The position numbers and the translations under genes were made by a program. DNA of 18,936 bases from Methanobacteriota archaeon. Lineage in GTDB: Archaea > JAADCQ01 > Methanopyri > Methanopyrales > Methanopyraceae. The notes beneath the pieces are model-generated. The model was not told where the DNA came from, did not search any database, and worked only from the letters and a program-made list of their open reading frames with translations. The DNA is taken from the NCBI GenBank assembly GCA_027064305.1, contig JAMOPY010000010.1, positions 1 through 18,936 on the forward strand, read 5' to 3'. Below, in pieces: positions 8,196-16,657 of this stretch. Numbering within the stretch: position 1 is the first letter of the stretch; the number at the start of each line of letters is the position of its first letter.

Positions 8196-9065
8196 CTACC
8201 CCCGCGGGTGGAACTCAACGGTCACGAGGACGGCGGAGGGAAGCTCGGAGCGCACGCACCGGATCACCCGCTCCCTCAGCCTCCACAGCTCTCGGAGCCG
8301 CAGGTCCGGGTCCGCGGCGACGACCACGTCGATCTGGTAGACGGGGCCCATCTTCCGCCCGCGGACGATGACGGGCTCGGCCTCGCGCCCGGACAGCTCC
8401 CGCTCCAGCGCCCGGTGGATCCGGTGGAGCAGCTCGGGCGGCGGGGCGACGTCCATGAGCTCGTGCACGCACTCCCAGCCGACCTCCACTCCCATCTTCA
8501 CGATCAGCCCGGCGACGAGGAGCGCGGCGACCGGGTCGGCCCACGGGTACCCCGCCAGGGCCCCGAGGATCCCGGCGGCCGCGGCGAGCGAGGAGAGCGC
8601 GTCGCTGCGGTGATGGTGTGCGTCCGCCCGCAGCGAGGAGCTCTGCGCGCGCTCGGCCAGGCGGATCGTGTACCGGTACATCGCCTCCTTGACCGCGGCG
8701 GAGGCGAGCGCGACGAGCAGGGGCAGCGTCGAGACCACCGGGGTCGGGTGCCGGAGCCGCTCGACGGACTCCCACCCGATGGACGCGCCGGTGCACGCCA
8801 CGAGGACGGAGACGACGAGCCCCGCGAGCACCTCCGCCTTGTAGTGACCGTACATGTGCCGCTCGTCGGGCGGCCTTCGCGCGATCCGGGCCCCCAGGTA
8901 AACCAGCGCGGAGGCGACGACGTCGCTGGCCGAGTGCATCCCGTCCGCCACGAGCGCCCAGCTGTTCGACAGGACGCCGATCGCCACCTTGGCGGCCGCC
9001 AGACCGACGTTACCCACCACGCCCACGATCGCGCCCGTTTCGATGCGATCGAACCGCTCCTCCAA
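8196..9065 (-). CDS. Cation diffusion facilitator (FieF-like) metal transporter
   Basis: ALVADGMHSASD, PPDERHMYGHYKAE, ADAHHHRSDALSS, WADPVAAL. Confidence 0.92.
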   Translation of the reverse strand: MEERFDRIETGAIVGVVGNVGLAAAKVAIGVLSNSWALVADGMHSASDVVASALVYLGARIARRPPDERHMYGHYKAEVLAGLVVSVLVACTGASIGWESVERLRHPTPVVSTLPLLVALASAAVKEAMYRYTIRLAERAQSSSLRADAHHHRSDALSSLAAAAGILGALAGYPWADPVAALLVAGLIVKMGVEVGWECVHELMDVAPPPELLHRIHRALERELSGREAEPVIVRGRKMGPVYQIDVVVAADPDLRLRELWRLRERVIRCVRSELPSAVLVTVEFHPRG

Positions 9066-10083
9066 CCCCGAACGTCCCCACCAGCGCGGCCAGGCTCAGG
9101 GCGCCGGAGACCGCGGACGAGAGCGACCATCCGTCCCAGCCGCCGGCCGTGATCGCGCCGATGAGGGGCTGGTTGACCGCGTACCCGACGCCGATGGCCA
9201 GCGAGATCGCCCGTACCCCCCGGCCGCCTCCGCTGTATATGTTGGCCGCGTAGTACATCAGCCCGCAGGCCACCCCCGCCAGCAGCACGCTCGCGAGCGA
9301 GTAGCCCAGCAGCCCCGCGACCCCCGCCAGCAGCCCCGCCAGCGCCGCCGACAGGTCCTCCCCGAGCGAGGGCCCCAGCAGCTGCGCCAGCCCGCTGGCG
9401 GCCGTCATCGCGGCGATCACGGGCCCGTAATGGGGCTCCACCCGGGGAGCGATCAGGGTGACGGCGGAGTTGGGCAGCGTGGAGGCGAAGGTCAGGAGCA
9501 GCGCGGCGGGGAAGGAGCTCCGGTACCCGTGCTCCCGCGTGACCTCCTCCTGGGGTCGAAGCCGCACGGACAGCAGCGGCAGGCCGAACACCGCGGAGCA
9601 CGCGCTCAGGACCAGGCACCACCGGAACGGGTGACTCAGGGAGGAGGAGACCGCGTACCCGACGATGAACCCCAGGTTCGAGGCGAGGTTGTTGATCGAC
9701 ACCACCCGGCGCCCCATCTGCACGGCGGCCGCCACGCTCGACGTGAAGGAGAACGCCGAGCACGCGCCCTGAAGGGCGCGCGCGATCCCCAGGGTGTCGA
9801 TCGAGGGGGCGAGCAGGAACGGGGCCAACGACGCCCCGTACCCCAGGCACCCCAGCGCGATGGGGATCCCGGCCGGCGTGCCCTCCAACCTCCGAGAGAC
9901 CGGAACGGAGACCGCCGCCATGGTCACCGAGAACAATGAGAGCACGAGCCCGGCGACGAGCTCGCTGCCGCCCACCCGGTACACGTAGGCGGGGACGTTC
10001 GGGAGCACCAGGGCCGACGCCACCGAGATCACGAAGGAGTTCACGTACAGGCTCACTCGGGTGACGGTCGCCCGCGAGTCCAA
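9010..10083 (-). CDS. MFS-type membrane transporter (divergent)
   Basis: About 12 hydrophobic segments; LVLPNVPAYVY, ARALQG and NLGFIVG resemble the DHA1-type N-terminal half. Its 3' end overlaps the CDF gene start by 56 nt. Confidence 0.75.
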   Translation of the reverse strand: MDSRATVTRVSLYVNSFVISVASALVLPNVPAYVYRVGGSELVAGLVLSLFSVTMAAVSVPVSRRLEGTPAGIPIALGCLGYGASLAPFLLAPSIDTLGIARALQGACSAFSFTSSVAAAVQMGRRVVSINNLASNLGFIVGYAVSSSLSHPFRWCLVLSACSAVFGLPLLSVRLRPQEEVTREHGYRSSFPAALLLTFASTLPNSAVTLIAPRVEPHYGPVIAAMTAASGLAQLLGPSLGEDLSAALAGLLAGVAGLLGYSLASVLLAGVACGLMYYAANIYSGGGRGVRAISLAIGVGYAVNQPLIGAITAGGWDGWSLSSAVSGALSLAALVGTFGVGGAVRSHRNGRDRGRGG

Positions 10084-10105
10084 CGCCCCCCGGGGGAGGT
10101 GCCCG

Positions 10106-10420
10106 TTGAACGACCTCGAGCGGCTCGCTCGACGGTTGGAGGGGAACCTGTCCCGACTGCTCGGCAGGAGGATCGTGATCCCGGTGGCGGAGGCCTACGC
10201 CCGTAGGTGCGGGTGCCGAGGGCACGCGCTGTACGTCCGGGGTCTGACCCGCGAGGACGTCGAGGTCCTGGCCGACGTGCTCGCGGAGGAGCTCAAGGGG
10301 CTGGGAGAGGGAGAGCCCGCCGCGGAGCTCGATCGCGACCTGGTTCGGGCCCTACGGGTCGGGCGATGGTGCGAGCGGCACCGGCCCGGCCGGCACCCGG
10401 CGCTGATGCCGCTCCGCTAG
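10106..10420 (+). CDS. Hypothetical protein (about 104 aa)
   Basis: Strong RBS GGAGGTG (10095-10101) before TTG 10106; typical E/R/L composition; fills the gap between two minus-strand operons. Confidence 0.65.
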   Translation: MNDLERLARRLEGNLSRLLGRRIVIPVAEAYARRCGCRGHALYVRGLTREDVEVLADVLAEELKGLGEGEPAAELDRDLVRALRVGRWCERHRPGRHPALMPLR

Positions 10421-10971
10421 CGGCGCACGTGGACCCCGTGCCCGGGGATCACCGTCGGGTAGGAGAGCACCCGCTCCAGCGACTCCCTCGCCCGCTCCCG
10501 GTCCCACGCGACGGCGGGCGGCACCCGCTCCACCGCGTTGTCGGGCGTCGGGCACGCGTCCCCGGCCACGATCAGGTGATCCTCCACCGCCACCGACACG
10601 TGACCCGGCGTGTGGCCCGGGGTCTCCACGATCTCGACGCCCTCGGGCGGGTCGAGCCGGTCGACGTCGTCCACCTCCACCGGGATCGACCCGGCCTCCT
10701 TCGGGTGGGCGTAGAAGTCCGGCTCGAAGGCCCTCCGGACCTCCTCGGCGTTGCCCACGTGGTCGTGGTGACCGTGGGTGAACACCACCGCGTCGACCCC
10801 GTACGGCTTCAGTCGCCGGATCAGCCGCCCCGGCCGCTCGCACCCCACGTCCACGAGCAGGTTCACCTCGTCCGTGATCAGGAGCACGACGGTGGAGTCG
10901 GCCCGGAGCACGCTCCCGTCCGCGCCCCGCTCCAGGTATCCCGGGCGGACGACGACCACCCCGACGGGCAC
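10417..10971 (-). CDS. MBL-fold metallo-hydrolase (glyoxalase II-like)
   Basis: LLVDVG, THGHHDHVGN, TPGHTPGHVS, AGDA, IPGHG. Confidence 0.9.
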   Translation of the reverse strand: MPVGVVVVRPGYLERGADGSVLRADSTVVLLITDEVNLLVDVGCERPGRLIRRLKPYGVDAVVFTHGHHDHVGNAEEVRRAFEPDFYAHPKEAGSIPVEVDDVDRLDPPEGVEIVETPGHTPGHVSVAVEDHLIVAGDACPTPDNAVERVPPAVAWDRERARESLERVLSYPTVIPGHGVHVRR

Positions 10972-10977
10972 CCTCCT

Positions 10978-11445
10978 TCACCCCTCGCCGTAGTCCCCAG
11001 AGTAGGTGCCGGCCCCCTCGGCCCGGATGAAGACGGCCTGAACCACCCGCTCGCCCCGGGCCAGTCGGTACGGCTCTCGGTGATGGTTCACCGCGAGCAC
11101 GCGGATCCGCCCGCGGAACCCCGGGTCCCCCACCGCGGTGTGCACGGCGACGCCGGACCGGATGAGGGTGGAGCGCGGAAAGAACAGGGCCACGGTGTCC
11201 TCCGGGATCTCGAGCCTCGGGGACAGCTCGAGCACGTAGGGCTCGCCCGGCTCCAGCCGGTACACCCCGTCCTCCGGCTCCACCTCCCGGTACCCCGGCA
11301 GCCGTTTCTCGTCCCCGCGGAACAGACCCGCCTCGCCACGCAGCCGGTACGCGCGCCGCAGCCGCAGGTCGATCCCCGCGGGCTGGTACTGTTCCTCATC
11401 GAGCCCGGGGAACAGCCGCCGGAGCAGCCTCTCACCCAGGATCAT
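10978..11445 (-). CDS. dut: Archaeal trimeric dUTPase / dCTP-deaminase-family protein
   Basis: QPAGIDLRL, PRSTLIRSG, GDPGFRG, RVVQ, YSGDY; 155 aa. Confidence 0.82.
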   Translation of the reverse strand: MILGERLLRRLFPGLDEEQYQPAGIDLRLRRAYRLRGEAGLFRGDEKRLPGYREVEPEDGVYRLEPGEPYVLELSPRLEIPEDTVALFFPRSTLIRSGVAVHTAVGDPGFRGRIRVLAVNHHREPYRLARGERVVQAVFIRAEGAGTYSGDYGEG

Positions 11446-13676
11446 CCGGATCCGTCCCTGGGCTTGACGGGGCGGAACACCTCGAAGAACCTCTTGGGGT
11501 TCCTCAGCGACTTCCCGTCCTTGGGCTTGATGATCACCCGGTTCCCGGTCAAGGTGGACGCGATCATGCCGCCGTCCTCCCGCCAGCCCTGGAAGATGAC
11601 CACGTCACCCCTGGAGAGGCCCGTGCTGATCCGGCTCGGGTCCTTGATCTGCAGCATCGTGCCCTCCTTGAGCTCCTCCGGGTCGCTGATCGGCAGCCGC
11701 GAGTAGTCCCCGAACCGGCTGGAACCGCCGCCGAACGCCGTGGTGACGCGGCGTCGGATCCGATCGCGGTCCACGCGCTTCCGAACCCGGCGACCCAGCT
11801 GCCCGCGCCGGGCGATCGCGAGCGCGGCCACGCCGTGATCCCGGAGGTCCCGGGACTCCACGTTCTCCAGCTTGCCCGAGGAGAGCCGGTAGAGCGCCTC
11901 CTTCGTCGTCTCTCGCTCGTCCACGAGGATCACCTCGGCGTCCTCCAGCACCCCGCGCACGGCCCTGACCGCGACCTCGTGGCCCGGCCCGTTGCCCACG
12001 TACACCAGCGAGGGCTCCTCCCGCCCCGCCAGGAACATCTCCAGCGTCTTCCGCAGCTCCCGGACCTTGTCCTCCTCCGACGGGCCCATCAGCTTGACCG
12101 AGGTCACGTCGCACGGGCCGCGCCGCGGGATGTACGCGAGTCCGAAGTTCACCTCCCCGGGATCGATCGACAGGATCGGCCCCTCCACGCCCGAGGACGA
12201 GAGCAGCCGGACCCGGGCCCGACCCGACGTCTCCCGCATGAGCTCGTCCACCAGGTCGTTGAGCCGCGGGGCCGGCACCACCGCCTTCAGGCTCCGCTCG
12301 TCCGACTCGATCACGTGACCCTCGTGCTTGTAAACCAGCGAGGCGGCCTTGCCCACGTTCCCCACCTCGATCAGCACGTTCTCCAGCGGGTACAGCTCGA
12401 AGATCCCCGCCTCCTCCACCGCCGCCGCCAGCGCCTCCGCCAACGCCTCCGGCTCCGCCTCGCCCTCACTGAGGATGTTCACCACCAGCCCGTCGAGCCC
12501 CAGCTCGTCCGCCACCAGGTGCGCCGTCGTGATCTCGTCCGTCGTCGCCCGATCCTTCCCCCGCCGAAACACCCGCACCCCCTCCGTCGCCCGCGGCAGG
12601 ACCTCCACCTCCACCGGACCGTACCGACCCCGCGCCCGCCGGCCCACCGTCTTCACGCCCTCAAACTCCCGCGACCGCACCTCCACCCGCACGCCCGCCT
12701 CCTCCAGCTCCGACCGCACCCGATCGAAGTGCACGTCCCCCAGGCACGACACGACCAGCGTCCCGTCGTCCCGCACCTCGTACTCCAACCCCATGTTCCG
12801 GCGGGAGAGGTCCCGCAGCACCTCCACCGCCCGCTGGGTGTCGTCCACGTCCACCACGAAGCGGACGCACGGCCGCACGTCCTCCGGGTTATCCACCCGG
12901 TAACCGCCGCTCTCCGTCAACAGGTAGCCCGTCTCCGGCGCCCGATCCAGGGCCGCCAGCACGATGTCCCCCGGTCCCGCCGACTCGACCCGCTCCCGCT
13001 CGGGCGAGAACACCGCCTTCACCCGGAACTCCTCGTCCCGCACCCTCAGCGTCATGCCCGGCTCCAGCGTGCCCGCCCGCACCACGCCCAGCGCGGCCGC
13101 CCCCACGCCCTTCATCCGCCGCACGTCCACCACCAGGAACTCCGTCTCGTCGTCCGGATCCCCGTACCCGCACGGCTCGATGTGCTCGACGATCGCGTCC
13201 AGCAGCTCCTCGATCCCCTCCCCCGTCTTCGCCGACGTGGGCACCGCCGCCTCCGGCTCGAGCCCCCGCTCCCTGACCTCCCGCACCACCCGCTCGAAGT
13301 CCGCACCCTCCTTATCCATCTTGTTAACGGCCAGAACGACCGGCAACCCCAGCTCCTTCGCCTCCTCGATGATCACCTCCGTCCGCGCCTGCACCCCCTC
13401 GTCCGCCGCCACGACCAGGACCAGCCCGTCCGCCAACAGCAGCGCCTTCCCCACCTCCTCCCGAAAGTCCGAGTGACCCGGCGTGTCGATGAACCGGATC
13501 TCCACGCCCCTCCACTCCGCCGGGATCACCTTCATCACGGCCGTGATCCCGCGATCCAGCTCGAACCCCTCCGAGTCCGGGAACTCCCCGGTGATGCACT
13601 TCAACAGGGACGACTTACCGTGATCCACGTGACCCGCGATCGCCACGTTGACCTTCCTCACCCACCGCGCCCCCAA
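11442..13676 (-). CDS. EF-G/EF-2-like translational GTPase fused to a YqgF/Tex-type RNase H-fold domain and a C-terminal beta-rich domain
   Basis: G1 GHVDHGKS, G2 ELDRGIT, G3 DTPGHSDF, G4 NKMD, G5 SAKTG; segments resembling EF-G domains II-V; then ILSIDPG...VGNG...VDERETT...DHGVAALAIARR. Confidence 0.85.
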   Translation of the reverse strand: MGARWVRKVNVAIAGHVDHGKSSLLKCITGEFPDSEGFELDRGITAVMKVIPAEWRGVEIRFIDTPGHSDFREEVGKALLLADGLVLVVAADEGVQARTEVIIEEAKELGLPVVLAVNKMDKEGADFERVVREVRERGLEPEAAVPTSAKTGEGIEELLDAIVEHIEPCGYGDPDDETEFLVVDVRRMKGVGAAALGVVRAGTLEPGMTLRVRDEEFRVKAVFSPERERVESAGPGDIVLAALDRAPETGYLLTESGGYRVDNPEDVRPCVRFVVDVDDTQRAVEVLRDLSRRNMGLEYEVRDDGTLVVSCLGDVHFDRVRSELEEAGVRVEVRSREFEGVKTVGRRARGRYGPVEVEVLPRATEGVRVFRRGKDRATTDEITTAHLVADELGLDGLVVNILSEGEAEPEALAEALAAAVEEAGIFELYPLENVLIEVGNVGKAASLVYKHEGHVIESDERSLKAVVPAPRLNDLVDELMRETSGRARVRLLSSSGVEGPILSIDPGEVNFGLAYIPRRGPCDVTSVKLMGPSEEDKVRELRKTLEMFLAGREEPSLVYVGNGPGHEVAVRAVRGVLEDAEVILVDERETTKEALYRLSSGKLENVESRDLRDHGVAALAIARRGQLGRRVRKRVDRDRIRRRVTTAFGGGSSRFGDYSRLPISDPEELKEGTMLQIKDPSRISTGLSRGDVVIFQGWREDGGMIASTLTGNRVIIKPKDGKSLRNPKRFFEVFRPVKPRDGSG

Positions 13677-13702
13677 CGACCGTTAACCAGGGTGACTACT
13701 AC

Positions 13703-14794
13703 TTGACCCGAGTTTACATCGTCGGGGCCGGGCCCGCGGGCTGCTGGATCGCGAGACGACTCACCGAGTTGGGCCACCGCGTCACCCTCATCACCGGACG
13801 CGGACCCAGGCTCGTCCGCGAACGCTTCGACGAGTGCCTCGTATATTACGGGCTGGGGCCCGGCGGATCCGCCCGCTACTCCATGGGCAACCTCGGCTTC
13901 TGGGGCCCCAAACGCCTGGAACGCCGCTTCCAGCGCGCGATCACCGACCTATCGACGCCCATCGAACGCCCCCCGGACGACGTCCTCACCGACCACGACC
14001 TCAGGCTCGAGCGCGCGGCGAGGGACCTCGGCCTCAAGGCCGAACGCGCGCCCAAAGCCATCGACTTCAACCGCTGCACCGGCTGCGGCCGCTGCCTGGA
14101 GTGCCCCCACCGCGCCAAGTGGGACCCGACGCGCGAGCTCCCCGACGACGTCGAGGTGATCGAGGACCACTGCCTCGAACTCCGCACCGCCTCCGGCCGC
14201 GTAACCGAGCTCATCCTCGAGCGACGACGACTCCGACTGGACGAGGACGACGCGGTCGTGCTCAGCGCCGGGTGCCCCGGAACCCCGGACCTCCTCCGGC
14301 GCAGCGGCATCGAGACCGACGCACCCCTGTTCGCCGACCTCTACGTCCACGTCGTCTCCAACCTGAGGACCCCACCCGGGCTCCAGATGCCCGTGATCGT
14401 CCACGAGGACGAGTACATGCTCTCCCCACACCGCACCTCGCGGCACCCCGACCGGTACGCCCTCATGGTCAAGATCCGCGACGAGCTCACGGGCAGCGTC
14501 GCCGAGCGACGGAAACCGGTGACCGCGGCGGACGCCACCCGACTCGCCGAAGGGTGCGCCCTGGCCGGCGAGCTCCTCCGCGAGCTGGGCGCCCACGTCG
14601 AAACCGTCACCCGACCCGCCGGCGCCCACCCCGGCGGCGCGCTCGCCGAGCGCCTGGACCGCGAGTACGGGCTGGAAGGGTTCGAGAACCTGCACGTCGT
14701 GGACGTCAACGCCCTGAACGAGGCCCTCGGCCGCCCCACCATCGGCGCGATCCTCGCCCTCGCCGAGGACTTCACCGACCGCTGGCCCGGCTAG
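13703..14794 (+). CDS. FAD-dependent GMC-type oxidoreductase with a Cys cluster
   Basis: IVGAGPAG Rossmann motif, CTGCGRCLECP..AKW, VVLSAG..GTP.LL.RSG, AHPGG, NLHVVD. Confidence 0.8.
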   Translation: MTRVYIVGAGPAGCWIARRLTELGHRVTLITGRGPRLVRERFDECLVYYGLGPGGSARYSMGNLGFWGPKRLERRFQRAITDLSTPIERPPDDVLTDHDLRLERAARDLGLKAERAPKAIDFNRCTGCGRCLECPHRAKWDPTRELPDDVEVIEDHCLELRTASGRVTELILERRRLRLDEDDAVVLSAGCPGTPDLLRRSGIETDAPLFADLYVHVVSNLRTPPGLQMPVIVHEDEYMLSPHRTSRHPDRYALMVKIRDELTGSVAERRKPVTAADATRLAEGCALAGELLRELGAHVETVTRPAGAHPGGALAERLDREYGLEGFENLHVVDVNALNEALGRPTIGAILALAEDFTDRWPG

Positions 14795-15264
14795 TCCTCC
14801 TCGATCAGCTGCCACTCCGCGTACCCCGGCACGTCGAACCGCCTCCGCCTCAACCGCACGCACCGCACGTCCGGCCGCGTCTTCACCGTCACGAACGCCC
14901 GCAGGACGTTCGAGACCGTCGCCTCCTGAAAGACCAGCCGCCGCCCGTCCCGCATCACCAGCTCCGTCCTCACGTGCCGATGACCCTCCGGCACCCCCAC
15001 CCGCGCCCGCTCCACGTCGTAGTTGCTGAACACCTGCTCGTACAGCGGACGCAGCAGCCCGCTCACGTCCTCACCACCCACCCGCACCTCCCCCAACGGC
15101 AACCTCCGCTCGTACGCCCGCAGGAGCACGTCGAACGCCGTCAGCACGTGCCGCCACGACCGCGCGCACTCCCCCAGCTCGAACTCCAACCGCGACGGCC
15201 GCTCCTCGCTCAACCGGCGCATCACGTCCGCCAGGTACTCCTCGTACGAGCCCCACCGACTCAC
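14791..15264 (-). CDS. Hypothetical protein (157 aa, MSRWGSYEEYLADV...WQLIEED)
   Basis: Protein-like 3' part of track ORF 14791..16137; GTG at 15264 is preceded by the RBS GGAGGGGTG. No family recognised. Confidence 0.7.
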   Translation of the reverse strand: MSRWGSYEEYLADVMRRLSEERPSRLEFELGECARSWRHVLTAFDVLLRAYERRLPLGEVRVGGEDVSGLLRPLYEQVFSNYDVERARVGVPEGHRHVRTELVMRDGRRLVFQEATVSNVLRAFVTVKTRPDVRCVRLRRRRFDVPGYAEWQLIEED

Positions 15265-15305
15265 CGCGCACCCCTCCACCCGACCGTAGCACACCGTCGG
15301 CACCC

Positions 15306-16187
15306 TCAACGCGAACCCCCCAACCACCACACCACCACCGGCACCGTCACCAACGCGACCACCGTCGTCGTAAACACCAACGTCGCCACCACGTGCGGCC
15401 GCAGCCCCAACAGCTCCGCCAACACCAGGTTCATCAACGCCGGCGGCATCGCCGCCTCGAGCACGACCACCCGACCCTCCCACCCCGACGGCCCGACCAA
15501 CCACCCCAACACCGGCGACAGCCCCAACTTCACCCCCCACACCACCGGCAGCGCCCGACCCACCGCCACCTCCCACCGCAACGACGCCCCCAACGACACC
15601 ATGATCACCGGCACCGCCGACGCCCCCAGCGTCTCCAACGCGTGCCGCGCGACCCCCGGCAACGGCAACCGCAGCAACGCCCACACGATCCCGGCCAACG
15701 CCGCGAACGCCGGCGGAAACCGCAGGCTCATCCTCAACGGACACCCACCCCGCGCCAGGAGCAGGTACGCCCCGATCACCGACAGGGTCGTCCCAAAGTC
15801 GTAGAACACCGCCGCCTCCAACCCACCCCGCCCCAGCACGGACAGGCAGACCGGGTACCCCAGGAACCCCGTGTTCCCCAACCCCGACGCCAACCCCACC
15901 GCCACCGCGTCCCGACGATCCAACCCCACCCACCGACCCACCCCGTACCCCACCAGACAGCAGACCGCCGCCACGCCCACCGACACCAGGACCAGCAGCG
16001 CGTAGCGCACCACCTTCCCCGGCGGCAGCCGCGCGACCGTCGCGAACACCAACGCCGGCATCGCCAGGTACACCACGTACGCGTTCAGGTGCGACGGCGC
16101 CTCCTCCCCCAACGCCCCCACCCGACGCGCCACGCACCCCAACCCAACCAACGCCAACAGCTCCAGGAACGCCCGCAGCCCCTCCAT
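15306..16187 (-). CDS. AEC (auxin efflux carrier / malate permease) family transporter
   Basis: YLAMPALVF, GNTGFLGYPV, VKLGLSP, LEAAMPPA; about 10 TM segments. Confidence 0.9.
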   Translation of the reverse strand: MEGLRAFLELLALVGLGCVARRVGALGEEAPSHLNAYVVYLAMPALVFATVARLPPGKVVRYALLVLVSVGVAAVCCLVGYGVGRWVGLDRRDAVAVGLASGLGNTGFLGYPVCLSVLGRGGLEAAVFYDFGTTLSVIGAYLLLARGGCPLRMSLRFPPAFAALAGIVWALLRLPLPGVARHALETLGASAVPVIMVSLGASLRWEVAVGRALPVVWGVKLGLSPVLGWLVGPSGWEGRVVVLEAAMPPALMNLVLAELLGLRPHVVATLVFTTTVVALVTVPVVVWWLGGSR

Positions 16188-16200
16188 CCCGCTCCCCCTC

Positions 16201-16230
16201 GAAATAAATTTGAACGTTTCAAATCTTACT
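16201..16230. promoter_or_regulatory. AT-rich divergent promoter with inverted repeat ATTTGAA-CGT-TTCAAAT (16208-16224)
   Basis: Perfect 7-3-7 palindrome in the 59-bp gap between the divergent AEC and OsmC-like genes. Confidence 0.6.
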
Positions 16231-16246
16231 GAAGAGGGCCGAGCCC

Positions 16247-16657
16247 ATGACCGAAGAGCCCAAGGTCACCGCCGAGGTCCTGGACAAGGGCCACTGCGCG
16301 GTCGAGTTCGCGGGCGAGCGGAAGAGGCTCACCAGCAGCAAGATCGCGAAGGGAGACGAGGTCACCCCGGTCCACATGTTCCTCTCGGGCCTCCTCGCCT
16401 GCGTCCTGATGAACGCCGACGCCGCCCTCCGAGAGGAGAACATCGACGCCGAGGTGACGGGCGAGGCCATCGGAGAGCGCGACTTCGACCGCGGCGCCAT
16501 CACCGACATCCGCATCAAAATCCGCGTGAAGCTGCGCGACGACACCGACCCCGAGGAGGCCAAGAAGATCGCCGAGCGCGGCGCCGACCGGTGCATCATC
16601 AGCCGCACCCTCGGACACGCCATCGTCCACAAGGAGGTCATCGTGGAACCCGGGTAG
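16247..16657 (+). CDS. OsmC-like family protein
   Basis: TPVHMFLSGLLAC and ADRCIISRTL give the two conserved Cys with OsmC/YhfA spacing; 136 aa. Confidence 0.85.
   Translation: MTEEPKVTAEVLDKGHCAVEFAGERKRLTSSKIAKGDEVTPVHMFLSGLLACVLMNADAALREENIDAEVTGEAIGERDFDRGAITDIRIKIRVKLRDDTDPEEAKKIAERGADRCIISRTLGHAIVHKEVIVEPG

Noticed and set aside
11442-13676. Calling the GTPase IF2, SelB or canonical EF-2
   Set aside because: The G2 motif and EF-G-like domains III/V argue against IF2 and SelB. The compact G domain, no recognisable diphthamide loop and the extra RNase H-fold domain argue against canonical aEF-2.
15265-16137. Gly/Val-rich N-terminal part of ORF 14791-16137
   Set aside because: It is an alternative frame of the G-rich AEC gene; a good RBS and GTG exist at 15264.
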